Shown here: positions 1 through 8,695 of the stretch, one piece after another
Numbering within the stretch: position 1 is the first letter of the stretch
Layout of the letters: each line of letters begins with the position of its first letter
NCBI GenBank assembly: GCA_937982495.1
Contig: CALJLX010000142.1
Coordinates: 1 to 34,735, forward strand
Reading direction: 5' to 3'
Length of the DNA stretch: 34,735 bases
From: an uncultured Desulfuromonas sp.
Lineage (GTDB): Bacteria > Desulfobacterota > Desulfuromonadia > Desulfuromonadales > Trichloromonadaceae
Program-made: the position numbers and the translations under genes
The notes under the pieces: model-generated
The model's database searches: none
What the model was told of the DNA's origin: nothing
Seen by the model: only the letters and a program-made list of their open reading frames with translations

Positions 1-55
1 CACCGGGGTCAAACCGCCGTGGTTGACTCGGAAGACCGGAGAAGAGCCGCCATGA
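1..55 (+). CDS. possible 3' end of an upstream gene (partial)
   Basis: Frame from position 2 is open ([17 protein letters not shown]) and ends at TGA 53-55, overlapping the sirtuin ATG at 52 (ATGA coupling). Too short to identify. Confidence 0.3.
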   Translation, partial: TGVKPPWLTRKTGEEPP

Positions 56-834
56 CACCACGCCGCCGGACCCTGAACCCCGCCGAATGTGCCGGCTTGA
101 TCAAAAACGCCGGATCCGTCGTGGCTCTGACCGGAGCCGGGATTTCTACCGCTTCGGGGATTCCCGACTTTCGCGGTCCCCAAGGGTTGTATGTGACCCG
201 TCGCTACGATCCGGAAAAGGTTTTCGACATCGACTGGTTTCGGCACTCGCCCGGGGACTTTTACGAATTCTCGCGGGATCTGGTCGAGGTGGTGAAGGAT
301 GTTCGCCCGACCTTCAGCCATCACTTCCTGGCCGAACTGGAAAAGGCCGGCTCCCTGACGGCGGTCATCACCCAGAATATCGACATGCTCCACCAGATGG
401 CCGGCAGTCGCCAGGTCGTGGAACTGCACGGTTCCTACCATTCCGCCACCTGGCTGGCCTGTGGCCGGCAACAGTTGGAGCTCTCCTACCACTGGTGGCG
501 ACAGGCCATGACACTCGCCTCACGGGCACCGGTCGTGGCCTGCCCGGACTGCGGCGGCACCCTCAAACCGGACATCGTCTTTTTCGGCGAACTGGTGATC
601 GGTTTCGGTCAGGCGCAAGCCTTGGTCGAGCACTGCGACCTGCTGCTGGTTCTCGGCTCCTCGCTGCAGGTCTCTCCGGCGTCCTATCTCGCCCGCGACT
701 GCCGGGCAGCCATCGTGGTGGTGAACCAGGGGGAAGTCCTGCTGTCCGGCGGATCCGGCCGTTATTTCGTCGACCGGGATCTGGACGGGTATTTTCGGGA
801 AGTCGCGAAACACCTGGGGATGGTCGTCCGCTGA
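52..834 (+). CDS. cobB: Sir2/CobB-family NAD-dependent protein deacylase
   Basis: Motifs [34 protein letters not shown] and GSSLQV. ATG 52 follows GGAGAAGA; the ORF track starts at GTG 19. Confidence 0.92.
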   Translation: MTPRRRTLNPAECAGLIKNAGSVVALTGAGISTASGIPDFRGPQGLYVTRRYDPEKVFDIDWFRHSPGDFYEFSRDLVEVVKDVRPTFSHHFLAELEKAGSLTAVITQNIDMLHQMAGSRQVVELHGSYHSATWLACGRQQLELSYHWWRQAMTLASRAPVVACPDCGGTLKPDIVFFGELVIGFGQAQALVEHCDLLLVLGSSLQVSPASYLARDCRAAIVVVNQGEVLLSGGSGRYFVDRDLDGYFREVAKHLGMVVR

Positions 835-880
835 TGCGGACGGGGATAATCAGAGACTCGAACGAAAGAAAGGGATCATC

Positions 881-1390
881 ATGGACAAACGCCGAGTGGT
901 GCTTTTCGCCCACGGCAAGGAGAGCGGCCCCTGGGGGAGTAAAATCCAGGCCTTGGCCGAGATCGCCAAATATTACGACTACCGGGTCGAAAGCCCCGAT
1001 TACAGCGACCTGCCCGATGCGAAAAGCCGGGTTGCGCGGCTGCTCGAACGCTGTCCCGAAAACCCGGGGGAACTGATTCTGGTCGGATCGAGCATGGGCG
1101 GCCATGTCTCCCTGGCCGCCTCGGCCGCCCTGAAACCCCAGGGGCTGTTTCTGATGGCCCCCGCCATCGGCCTGCCGGGATACGACCCGGCCCCGCCGCC
1201 GATCGCCGAACGCACGGTGATCGTTCACGCCTGGCAGGACGATATCGTTCCCGAAGCCCAGGTTACCGCCTACGCCCGCTACCACCAGACGGAACTGCAT
1301 CTGGTCAGCAGCGACCACCGCCTGACCAGCGCCCTCCCCTTCATCCGCCTGCTCTTTCAGGAGTTCCTCGAATCGTTCATCCCCGAATAG
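881..1390 (+). CDS. small alpha/beta-fold hydrolase (YqiA/YcfP-like esterase)
   Basis: HGKES oxyanion region, GSSMGG nucleophile elbow, DD and DH acid/His motifs; 169 aa; AAGGGA RBS. Confidence 0.85.
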   Translation: MDKRRVVLFAHGKESGPWGSKIQALAEIAKYYDYRVESPDYSDLPDAKSRVARLLERCPENPGELILVGSSMGGHVSLAASAALKPQGLFLMAPAIGLPGYDPAPPPIAERTVIVHAWQDDIVPEAQVTAYARYHQTELHLVSSDHRLTSALPFIRLLFQEFLESFIPE

Positions 1391-1523
1391 TCCGGCCGGG
1401 CGCGTGGGTTCCATAGCGATGTGTAGCATCACACTTATCCATTACTACGTCCCCATTAACCTGGATCATGATAAGCTGACTATTGAAGTTTTGCGCCTGA
1501 AGATAAAATCAAGGAGTCACGCC

Positions 1524-2588
1524 ATGCCCTCTTTGTTCGACCCCATCAAGGTTGGAGCGTTGCACCTGCCCAATCGGATCGTCATGTCGCCACTGACCCG
1601 CTCCCGCGCGACCCCTGATTCCCGAGTTCCCACACCGCTCATGGCCGAGTATTATTCCCAGCGGGCCACCGCCGGCTTGATCATCTCGGAAGCCACCGTT
1701 GTCGACCGAATGGGCGTCGGCTATGTCGCCACACCCGGCATCTGGTCGGATGAACAGGTCGAGGGCTGGAGGTCCGTGACCGAAGCCGTGCATGCCGCCG
1801 GAGGTCGCATCTTTCTTCAGCTTTGGCACGTTGGCCGGATTTCCGATCCCAGCCTTCTGGGCGGCCACCCTCCCGTCTCGGCCAGTGCCATCGCGGCCCG
1901 GGGCGATGTCAGCCTCTTACGTCCAAAACGTCCTTTTCCTGTTCCGCGAGCACTGGAAACCCAGGAGATCCCCGGGATCATCGCCGCATTCCGACGGGGG
2001 GCGGTGAATGCCAAGGCCGCCGGCTTCGATGGCGTTGAAATCCATGGCGCCAACGGCTACCTGCTCGACCAGTTTCTGCAGGACAGCACGAATAGACGAA
2101 CCGATGCCTACGGCGGTTCGCGGGAGAAGCGCGCACGCCTGATGCTTGAGGTGACGGATGCGGTGATCGAGGTTTGGGGCGCCGACCGGGTCGGAATGCA
2201 CCTTGCGCCGCGAGCGGACAGCCACGATATGGGCGATAGCGATCGTCTGGCCACCTTCACCTACGTGGCGCGTGAACTCGGCGAGCGTCGCCTCGCGTTC
2301 ATCTGCGCCCGCGAGGAACGCCGCGAAGACAGTATCGGCCCCCATATCCGTGAAGCCTTTGCCGGGGTCTACATTGCCAACGAGAACTTCACCCGGGAAT
2401 CGGCCGAGCAGGCCCTTGCGGAAGAGGTGGCCGATGCTGTTGCCTTCGGCCGAGCTTTCATCGCCAATCCCGACCTTGTCGCCAGATTCGCGCTAAAAGC
2501 ACCGTTGAACACCTGGGATGACCGGACCTTCTATGTCGGTGGCGCCAAGGGCTATATTGACTATCCGACTCTTCCCGACAGGCCATGA
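1524..2588 (+). CDS. old yellow enzyme / NemA-like FMN alkene reductase
   Basis: NRIVMSPLTRSR, QLWHVGR, EIHGANGYLLDQF, FGRAFIANPDL and GYIDYP. ATG 1524 follows AAGGAG at 1511-1516. Confidence 0.93.
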   Translation: MPSLFDPIKVGALHLPNRIVMSPLTRSRATPDSRVPTPLMAEYYSQRATAGLIISEATVVDRMGVGYVATPGIWSDEQVEGWRSVTEAVHAAGGRIFLQLWHVGRISDPSLLGGHPPVSASAIAARGDVSLLRPKRPFPVPRALETQEIPGIIAAFRRGAVNAKAAGFDGVEIHGANGYLLDQFLQDSTNRRTDAYGGSREKRARLMLEVTDAVIEVWGADRVGMHLAPRADSHDMGDSDRLATFTYVARELGERRLAFICAREERREDSIGPHIREAFAGVYIANENFTRESAEQALAEEVADAVAFGRAFIANPDLVARFALKAPLNTWDDRTFYVGGAKGYIDYPTLPDRP

Positions 2589-2623
2589 CCCACATTTTCG
2601 TATGGTCGGAGATTAATGAAAAC

Positions 2624-2664
2624 AAAAGAGACGGCCTAGAAAATCTTGGTCAGGCCGTCTTTTT
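2624..2664. terminator. intrinsic terminator-like hairpin after the OYE gene
   Basis: AAAAGAGACGGCCT ... AGGCCGTCTTTTT inverted repeat with A/T tails. Confidence 0.65.
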
Positions 2665-2713
2665 ATCCCGGCACATGGGAAGAACCCAGCAATCGAGCCC
2701 ATCCTCAGACCAT

Positions 2714-2752
2714 AAAAAAGCCCCATAACTAGGGAATTGTGGGGGTTTTTTT
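2714..2752. terminator. second, imperfect bidirectional terminator-like hairpin
   Basis: AAAAAAGCCCCATAA ... TTGTGGGGGTTTTTTT; pairs using G:U. Confidence 0.45.
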
Positions 2753-2999
2753 ATAGGATTTGGCAGGAGTTATCTCTTCAGAAAGCGATATACGTCCTTT
2801 CGATGGCCAACATGGACAATGAGAATCACCAGTACATCATTCTCCGGCAGGAAGGAAAGCCTGGGAGAAGTTGGCATGAATTTTAATGCCTTCTTTACGG
2901 AGGGTTGGATATCGACTTAAGCCAGATGTCATTTGTCGGACGACATTTGGTGTCTGGAAATACGCCGTTTGGGGGCGACCAAAGCTCAAAGTCGAAAAA

Positions 3000-3032
3000 G
3001 ATGGGCACCGGATGGGCGCCGTTTGGGCACGA
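3000..3032. repeat. three tandem 11-bp imperfect direct repeats (possible integrase arm-type sites)
   Basis: GATGGGCACCG / GATGGGCGCCG / TTTGGGCACGA with core TGGGC(A/G)C, about 45 bp from the tRNA 3' end. Confidence 0.6.
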
Positions 3033-3036
3033 ACGC

Positions 3037-3073
3037 AAAAAGGGGTTACGGCAAAGACCGTAACCCCTTGATT
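3037..3073 (-). terminator. tRNA terminator hairpin overlapping an IHF-consensus site
   Basis: Minus strand AAGGGGTTACGG-TCTTTG-CCGTAACCCC-TTTTT. 3061-3073 reads AATCAAGGGGTTA on the minus strand, matching WATCAANNNNTTR. Confidence 0.65.
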
Positions 3074-3077
3074 TCTA

Positions 3078-3154
<77 letters not shown>

Positions 3155-3166
3155 ATAGAGTCGAGA

Positions 3167-3195
3167 CTTATACCTCAACTTTTTTCGGAATGCAA
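3167..3195 (-). promoter_or_regulatory. sigma70-type promoter for tRNA-Arg
   Basis: Minus strand TTGCAT-N17-TATAAG just upstream of the tRNA. Confidence 0.55.
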
Positions 3196-3327
3196 CCACC
3201 ATTTTTCCCGGAATGCGTATCGGTCTCGGGTTTTTTCTTGTCCGGCATGACACTTGCTGTTTTTCTTGACTTGGGTTGTTGCTATACTCTGCCTCCGATA
3301 CCTAATCCCTTTCTCCAGGATCAGCCC

Positions 3328-4977
3328 ATGACGCTTTTCAGGATTCTGCTCTTTGTTTTACTGCTTCTTCCCTGGACGACACCGGCTCTGGCCAAGGTGA
3401 CCTTGGGCGTGGTTCCGCAGGCGCAATCGCTGTTCTCCTCGGAAGAAACGGCCAGGGGGTTCGCCCGCCTGCTCGCAAAGGAGATGGGGGAAGAGGTTGC
3501 CGTACAGTTTTTCAAGGATGAAACGGAGCTGCATGAATGGGTGAGCCGCTATCGGCTGGTCGATCTGGCGGCCTTCAGCGGCGGCTATCTGTCGCGGCAA
3601 CTTCCCGGCGAGTTTTTCCGACTGGATCATCCCCGACCGGGGTCGAAGAATCCGGCCGAGCACTTTGTCGCCCGTCAGGGGCTCTATCCCTGGATGCTGA
3701 AAAAACTTCAGAAAAGTTTCGCCGCCCTGGCTCAGTCGGGGGCGGCTGGGTCGATTCTGGGTCAGCCGACGTCCGCGTCGTCGCCTCCCCCCCCTCCCCC
3801 CACAGCCCCACTTCCGAAGTCGACACCCCCCGTCGAGAAAAGCGAGGAGCCGAAGCCGGAGGTCGTCGCGGCACCTCCGGCGGATTTCTCGGTGCAAGAA
3901 ATTTCAGAGACGGCGGCCAAGGTCGAAACGCCTCCGGCAGGGCTCGTGTCTGAGCAAACCCTGAGTGCCACCAGTCAAGTGGAAGAGGCGGAATTCACCT
4001 CGCCCCCCGAACCTCCAACCGCCCCACCTCTTCCGGAGCAGCCGACGGCTCCGATCCCGCAACCGGAGCCCGTGCCGGCACCATCCTCGGCTCCGTCCGT
4101 GTCGCCGCCCGCCCCTCCTTCGGGGGAGGCGGTCATGACCATGACGCGGGGGAAGGATGAAGCGAAGCGGCCCCCCGCCGGCGCCCAGCCCAGCTATGCG
4201 GTGGAACAGCTGACGGCGAACATCTATGCGGCCCTGACCCTGCCCGGCGGGCAGGCGAGCTCGAATGCCTTTTTCGTCGTCGGCCCCGAGTATGTGGTGG
4301 CGGGCGGGGCACACATGTCGAAAGAGGCGATAAACCATCTGGTCACGGCCATCGCGACCGTCACCGACAAGCCGCTGCGGCACTTCGTCCTGGCCCACCA
4401 TCACCGGGGCTATCATCACATCGATTACGAGTTTCCCGCCGGGGTCGACCTGCTCATCAGCTGGCCGACCTGGAAAACGATGGACGAGGAGAAGCGCAAG
4501 CCCGAGCGGCCGGCCTTTTTCTTTACCGAAGGGCTGACCCTCAAACTGGGGGAGACCACGGTTATTATGACCAACATGGGCCGCGCCCACAGCGAGGGAG
4601 ACACCCTGGTCTTTTTCCCCGAGGCGGAAATCCTCTTCACCAGCGATCTGGTCTATGGGGAGAGTGTCGGCTACCTGGGGGACGGCTATATGGAGGATTG
4701 GCTGCTGGCCCTGGAATTCATTGAGCGACTGGGGGCGAAAAAAGTCATTCCGGGATTCGGTCCGCCAAGCGACAATCGGGTGATCGTTGAATTCAAGACC
4801 TACTTCAGGGCACTGGTCTCGGAGGTGCTCAAGCACATCGAGCAGGGTGATAGCCTGGAGCGCACGGTACGCAACCTGCGCCTGCCCGACTATGCCGAGC
4901 TGAAAGGCTACGAGCAGTTTCTCGGGGCCAACGTGCGCCGCGCCTATCTGGAACTGAAGGGGAATTTCACACCGTAA
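3328..4977 (+). CDS. exported protein: PhnD-like N-terminal domain, Pro/Glu-rich linker, degenerate metallo-beta-lactamase-fold domain
   Basis: Signal peptide MTLFRILLFVLLLLPWTTPALA, then VTLGVVP. C-terminal SNAFFV, AHHHRGYHH, AHSEGD, LFTSDL and VIPGFG follow MBL motif order. ATG 3328 follows AGGA. Confidence 0.75.
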   Translation: MTLFRILLFVLLLLPWTTPALAKVTLGVVPQAQSLFSSEETARGFARLLAKEMGEEVAVQFFKDETELHEWVSRYRLVDLAAFSGGYLSRQLPGEFFRLDHPRPGSKNPAEHFVARQGLYPWMLKKLQKSFAALAQSGAAGSILGQPTSASSPPPPPPTAPLPKSTPPVEKSEEPKPEVVAAPPADFSVQEISETAAKVETPPAGLVSEQTLSATSQVEEAEFTSPPEPPTAPPLPEQPTAPIPQPEPVPAPSSAPSVSPPAPPSGEAVMTMTRGKDEAKRPPAGAQPSYAVEQLTANIYAALTLPGGQASSNAFFVVGPEYVVAGGAHMSKEAINHLVTAIATVTDKPLRHFVLAHHHRGYHHIDYEFPAGVDLLISWPTWKTMDEEKRKPERPAFFFTEGLTLKLGETTVIMTNMGRAHSEGDTLVFFPEAEILFTSDLVYGESVGYLGDGYMEDWLLALEFIERLGAKKVIPGFGPPSDNRVIVEFKTYFRALVSEVLKHIEQGDSLERTVRNLRLPDYAELKGYEQFLGANVRRAYLELKGNFTP

Positions 4978-4982
4978 CACAC

Positions 4983-5015
4983 AAAAAACCGGCCCGGGAT
5001 AGGTCCCTGGGCCGG
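4983..5015 (-). terminator. intrinsic terminator of the DUF1573 gene
   Basis: Minus strand CCGGCCCAGGG...CCCGGGCCGG-TTTTTT between convergent genes. Confidence 0.55.
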
Positions 5016-5037
5016 CGAAAGGGGTGAACGATAGGGG

Positions 5038-5739
5038 TTATTTGCCTTTGGCGGGGGTGACCATGCCGTAAACCGGCAGGCGCAGCTCAGGCAGGTAGTC
5101 GCTGCTGGTTTTGAGCAGGACGTAGCCGGAAAGCCGCGCCCCCGCTTCCTTGGGCTTAACGCGGACCTTGAGGATGGCATCCCGCCCCGGCTCCAGCGTA
5201 TCGGCGGAGAGCTCGGCGCTGACTTCGGGGGTGGTGGTTTGCAGGGAGGAGAGGACAATTGTCCGGGGGCTTTGGTTGACCAGGAGCACATCGACTTGCC
5301 GGGTACTCCCCGCGGCCAGACTGGAAAGATCGAGACGCGCGGGCGTCAGGACGATTTCGCGTTTGACGGTACCACGCAGATGGAGTTCGGTCACCTGCTG
5401 CATCGGATCGTTGCTGTACAGGTAGATGGTCTTGACCACCGCCCCACCGAAACGGTTGGAATCGAAAGTCGTCTTGAGCTCGGCGACATCCCCGGGAGCG
5501 ACGATCTTGGCTGACAGCAAAGCCACCGTGCAGCCGCAGGAACTGCGCACCCGATCAATGATCAGCGGCTCGTCGCCGGCATTTTGAAAGCGGAAGATAT
5601 GTTCCACCTTTTGGCCTTCGAAAATCTCGCCAAAATCGAAGTTCCCCTTTTCCACCAAGATTTTGGCTTCGCCGGCATAGGCCGCCATGCCCCAGAACAG
5701 CAGCAGTCCCGTCATCAGCAGCAGTGAAATTCGGTGCAT
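5038..5739 (-). CDS. DUF1573 Ig-like exported protein
   Basis: Signal peptide; FDFGEI...FRFQNAGDEPLII..V.SSCGCT signature; a second Ig-like repeat follows. Confidence 0.85.
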   Translation of the reverse strand: MHRISLLLMTGLLLFWGMAAYAGEAKILVEKGNFDFGEIFEGQKVEHIFRFQNAGDEPLIIDRVRSSCGCTVALLSAKIVAPGDVAELKTTFDSNRFGGAVVKTIYLYSNDPMQQVTELHLRGTVKREIVLTPARLDLSSLAAGSTRQVDVLLVNQSPRTIVLSSLQTTTPEVSAELSADTLEPGRDAILKVRVKPKEAGARLSGYVLLKTSSDYLPELRLPVYGMVTPAKGK

Positions 5740-5850
5740 GACTCAATCCTTTCCCGTTCCGTGGAAACTGGTTCTTTTCATCCATTAATACCGGGAACTA
5801 TAACACAGGCCCGAAAGACCTGGCCAGTGCTTTGTAGGTTACTGAATAAA

Positions 5851-5880
5851 TTGACACCTCCGCTTAAACTTGTATAGAAT
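5851..5880 (+). promoter_or_regulatory. sigma70 promoter for hpt and the zinc-ribbon gene
   Basis: TTGACA(5851-5856)-N18-TAGAAT(5875-5880). Confidence 0.65.
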
Positions 5881-5928
5881 CAGGATAATTTTTCACCCAC
5901 CCGACAACCTCCGGCCCATGGAATACGC

Positions 5929-6456
5929 ATGTCCGAACTTGACCTGAAGCTGCTTTATTCCCAGGAAGAGATCGCTCGTCAGGTCAAACGACTCGGCGAC
6001 GAAATCAGTAACGACTATCCCGATACGGAGGTCCTGCTGGTCGGGGTTCTGAAGGGATCCTTTCTCTTCGTGGCCGACTTGGTTCGGGCGATCCGTTCGC
6101 CGCTCATCGTCGACTTTGTGCGCATCGCCAGCTATGGTTCCGACACCCAGTCTTCGGGCATCGTGGAAATCCGCAAGGATCTGGAACTGCCGATCAAGGA
6201 TCGGGATGTGATCATCGTCGAAGATATCGTCGACAGCGGCCACACCCTGGAATCCCTCTACAACCTGCTGCTGCGCCGAGGTCCGCGCTCGCTGAAAATC
6301 TGTACCCTGATCGACAAGACCGCGCGCCGCGAGGTTTCCATCCGGTCGGATTACGTCGGCTTCTCCCTGGACGACGGTTTCATCATCGGCTACGGCCTCG
6401 ACTACGCGGAAAGATACCGTAACCTGCCCGACATTCACTTGGTTCAGGGGCGCTGA
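5929..6456 (+). CDS. hpt: hypoxanthine phosphoribosyltransferase
   Basis: VGVLKGS, PRPP-binding motif VIIVEDIVDSGHTL and GYGLDYAERYRNLP. Confidence 0.96.
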   Translation: MSELDLKLLYSQEEIARQVKRLGDEISNDYPDTEVLLVGVLKGSFLFVADLVRAIRSPLIVDFVRIASYGSDTQSSGIVEIRKDLELPIKDRDVIIVEDIVDSGHTLESLYNLLLRRGPRSLKICTLIDKTARREVSIRSDYVGFSLDDGFIIGYGLDYAERYRNLPDIHLVQGR

Positions 6457-6481
6457 ACGGGAGCGAAAGGACGAGCCGCGC

Positions 6482-8143
6482 ATGATCATACAATGCCCTG
6501 AGTGCAGCACCCGCTTCAAACTCGCCGACGACAAACTCAAGCCGGAAGGGATCAAGGTCCGCTGCGCCAAGTGCCGTCACATCTTTGCGCTCTTCCCACC
6601 GGAACCCGGCGGCACCGTCGCCGAAGACGAGACCCGTCCGCCGGCCGAGCACGGAGAAACTGAAGATCCCTGGGCCGGGAGCTTCAACGAGATGCTGGAA
6701 GACTCTCCCCCCGAAGATTCCCCGGCGGGCCAAGGCGAATCGAGTTGGGACGCGGCTTTGGAATCGAGCTTTGCCGACATCGGGGCGGATATTACCGCGC
6801 CCGGCTCGGCCAAAGCCGAAGAGTTCAAGCCAACGGCGATGGGAATTCCCGAAACCGACGCCACAAAACTCGACGCCGCCGATCTCGGACTGGACGAAGA
6901 GGAACCGGCGCCGGTCTCGCCTGACCCTTCCCCCTCGTCATTTACTCCGGAACCATTGATTTCCGAGGATCTCTTCGGTGAATCGACGCCTTCCGCCGAA
7001 GAAAGCACTCCGGAGACGATCGCCGCGCCTGTGTTGGATGTGGACGAATTTCAGTTTGAAGAGGTGGGAGAGGAAGAGGAGTTTGCTTTCGAGGAAGTGG
7101 CCGACAGCGAAGTCGACCCTTTCGCCGCGGTTTCCGCAAGGGATGAGGCACTGGTCGACCGGACCGCAGAACCCGCCGGCACCCTCTTCCCGGAAAAAAT
7201 CGAGGGGGACGGGGCCATTGCCGAATTCTCCTTTCAGGAAGAAGGAGTCGAAGCTTTTTCCTTCGCTCCCGACAAAGCGGACTCCGCCGAAACCTTTGCC
7301 TTTCAGGAAGAAGATCTCTTCGCGCCGGAACCGCCTTCAAGCGTTGCCGATTCCTTCTTTGCCGAAGCACCCCAAGCCGACGCCCTCTTTCCCGACGGGG
7401 CGCCCGAAGGGGAGGAAAAAGGCTTTGAATTTTCCGACATGGAAGATTCCGTGGTTATCGACCGTTCCGCGGAAGAGACTCCCATTCCGGTCGCGGCCGC
7501 GCGACCGGCGACGGAACGGTTACCGTCGTCGCATGCTGACGAGCCGCCCGAACCACTCAGCGAGCCGCGTCCCAAGGCGACTGAACCCAAACGCGGCCCG
7601 ATGGCCACGGTTCTGAGGATCTTTGCTCTTCTCCTGCTGTTACTTGCAGCTTCCGCCGGCTACCTTATCTGGCGTGGCGGCGCCGACAGCCTCCCGCAGA
7701 TCCTGGCGCAGCTCAGAACGCTTACCGGGACGGCACTGCCGGCGGAACCTGTGGTTCACATCCGACTGCCGCTGCCAAACAGCTTTTTTGTCATGAACCA
7801 GCATGCCGGCCAGTTTTTTGTTATTCAGGGGGAAGCGGTCAACGGCTATCCGGAGCCCCGCTCGGCCATTTCGGTAACCGGCATGCTCCATGACGCCAAG
7901 GGGGATGTGCTCTTGCGGCAGACGGTCTTCTGCGGCAACCCCATGGACCTGGAAACCCTCAAAAGCGCCCCCTTCGCCGCCATTCAGGAGATCATGAGCA
8001 ACCCCTTCGGCAGCGCTCTGGCCAATGTGAACATCGCGCCGGACGCCCCCATCCCCTACATGATCGTCTTCCGCGACCTGCCGGACAACGTCACCCACTT
8101 CACGGTGGAGGTCGCGGATTCCAAAGTCGGTGAAGGTCGCTAG
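6482..8143 (+). CDS. MJ0042-type zinc-ribbon / acidic linker / TM / DUF3426 protein (ZitP-like)
   Basis: MIIQCPECSTRF...KVRCAKCRHIF, long acidic low-complexity region, one TM helix (IFALLLLLLAASAGYLIW) and a beta-rich C-terminal domain. Confidence 0.85.
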   Translation: MIIQCPECSTRFKLADDKLKPEGIKVRCAKCRHIFALFPPEPGGTVAEDETRPPAEHGETEDPWAGSFNEMLEDSPPEDSPAGQGESSWDAALESSFADIGADITAPGSAKAEEFKPTAMGIPETDATKLDAADLGLDEEEPAPVSPDPSPSSFTPEPLISEDLFGESTPSAEESTPETIAAPVLDVDEFQFEEVGEEEEFAFEEVADSEVDPFAAVSARDEALVDRTAEPAGTLFPEKIEGDGAIAEFSFQEEGVEAFSFAPDKADSAETFAFQEEDLFAPEPPSSVADSFFAEAPQADALFPDGAPEGEEKGFEFSDMEDSVVIDRSAEETPIPVAAARPATERLPSSHADEPPEPLSEPRPKATEPKRGPMATVLRIFALLLLLLAASAGYLIWRGGADSLPQILAQLRTLTGTALPAEPVVHIRLPLPNSFFVMNQHAGQFFVIQGEAVNGYPEPRSAISVTGMLHDAKGDVLLRQTVFCGNPMDLETLKSAPFAAIQEIMSNPFGSALANVNIAPDAPIPYMIVFRDLPDNVTHFTVEVADSKVGEGR

Positions 8144-8161
8144 CACACTCGCACATCCCGC

Positions 8162-8196
8162 AAAAAAAGCCGCGTTCTCATGAACGCGGCTTTTTC
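8162..8196. terminator. bidirectional intrinsic terminator
   Basis: AAAAAAAGCCGCGTTC-TCAT-GAACGCGGCTTTTT. Confidence 0.85.
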
Positions 8197-8223
8197 ATAT
8201 CCTCGCCGGCATCCCGGCTCCCA

Positions 8224-8394
8224 TCAAGGGGCGTTAATCGCATCGACCGGGCAGGTATCCACGCAGGCGCCGCAATCGGTGCAGACAGCTGCGTCAATCA
8301 CCCGCTTATCGCCCTGCTCGGTGATGGCGTCCACCGGACAAGCCGGTTCACAGGCGCCGCAATTGATGCATTCTTCGGTAATGGTGTGGGCCAT
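8224..8394 (-). CDS. 2[4Fe-4S] ferredoxin (56 aa, absent from the ORF track)
   Basis: Translated by hand: [56 protein letters not shown]. Two CxxCxxCxxxCP motifs; RBS GGAGGT. Confidence 0.96.
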   Translation of the reverse strand: MAHTITEECINCGACEPACPVDAITEQGDKRVIDAAVCTDCGACVDTCPVDAINAP

Positions 8395-8695
8395 GGGTTC
8401 ACCTCCTCTCCCTATTGATCAAATACACTGTTTTACGTCGCTAAGAACATACACCACCAGCCCTCCCCTGTCCAGATCAAAGAAGGCTTGAAACGCGACA
8501 TAAAATTCTTGCAATTCCCCCTTGCATCCTTTACTCTTCTAAAACATTTTCCCATTCTTTTCTTGCGTCTAGCGCCGCGATTCCGCCCGCGCCCGGGTTG
8601 TCCGACGGGGACAAGGACAAACCAGGTAAAACACGATTTTGTAAGAATGGAAAATTTTATCGAGCCCAAAAAACTCGCGGAGGAGGTTTATTTTA

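Noticed and set aside
52-834. Sir2 gene as an anti-phage defence NADase (Thoeris, DSR or Sir2-HerA type)
   Set aside because: It has classical CobB deacylase motifs and size, and no defence partner genes are in the window.
87-1432. Long alternative-frame ORFs (87..1076 +, 563..1432 -)
   Set aside because: They overlap well-supported genes and have no family motifs; these are GC-rich shadow ORFs.
2803-2886. 27-aa ORF MANMDNENHQYIILRQEGKPGRSWHEF
   Set aside because: No clear RBS or recognisable motif; cannot be supported.
3000-3032. Tandem repeats as a CRISPR array
   Set aside because: 11-bp units with no spacers and no cas genes.
8180-8491. 103-aa plus-strand ORF
   Set aside because: Antisense shadow of the ferredoxin gene.
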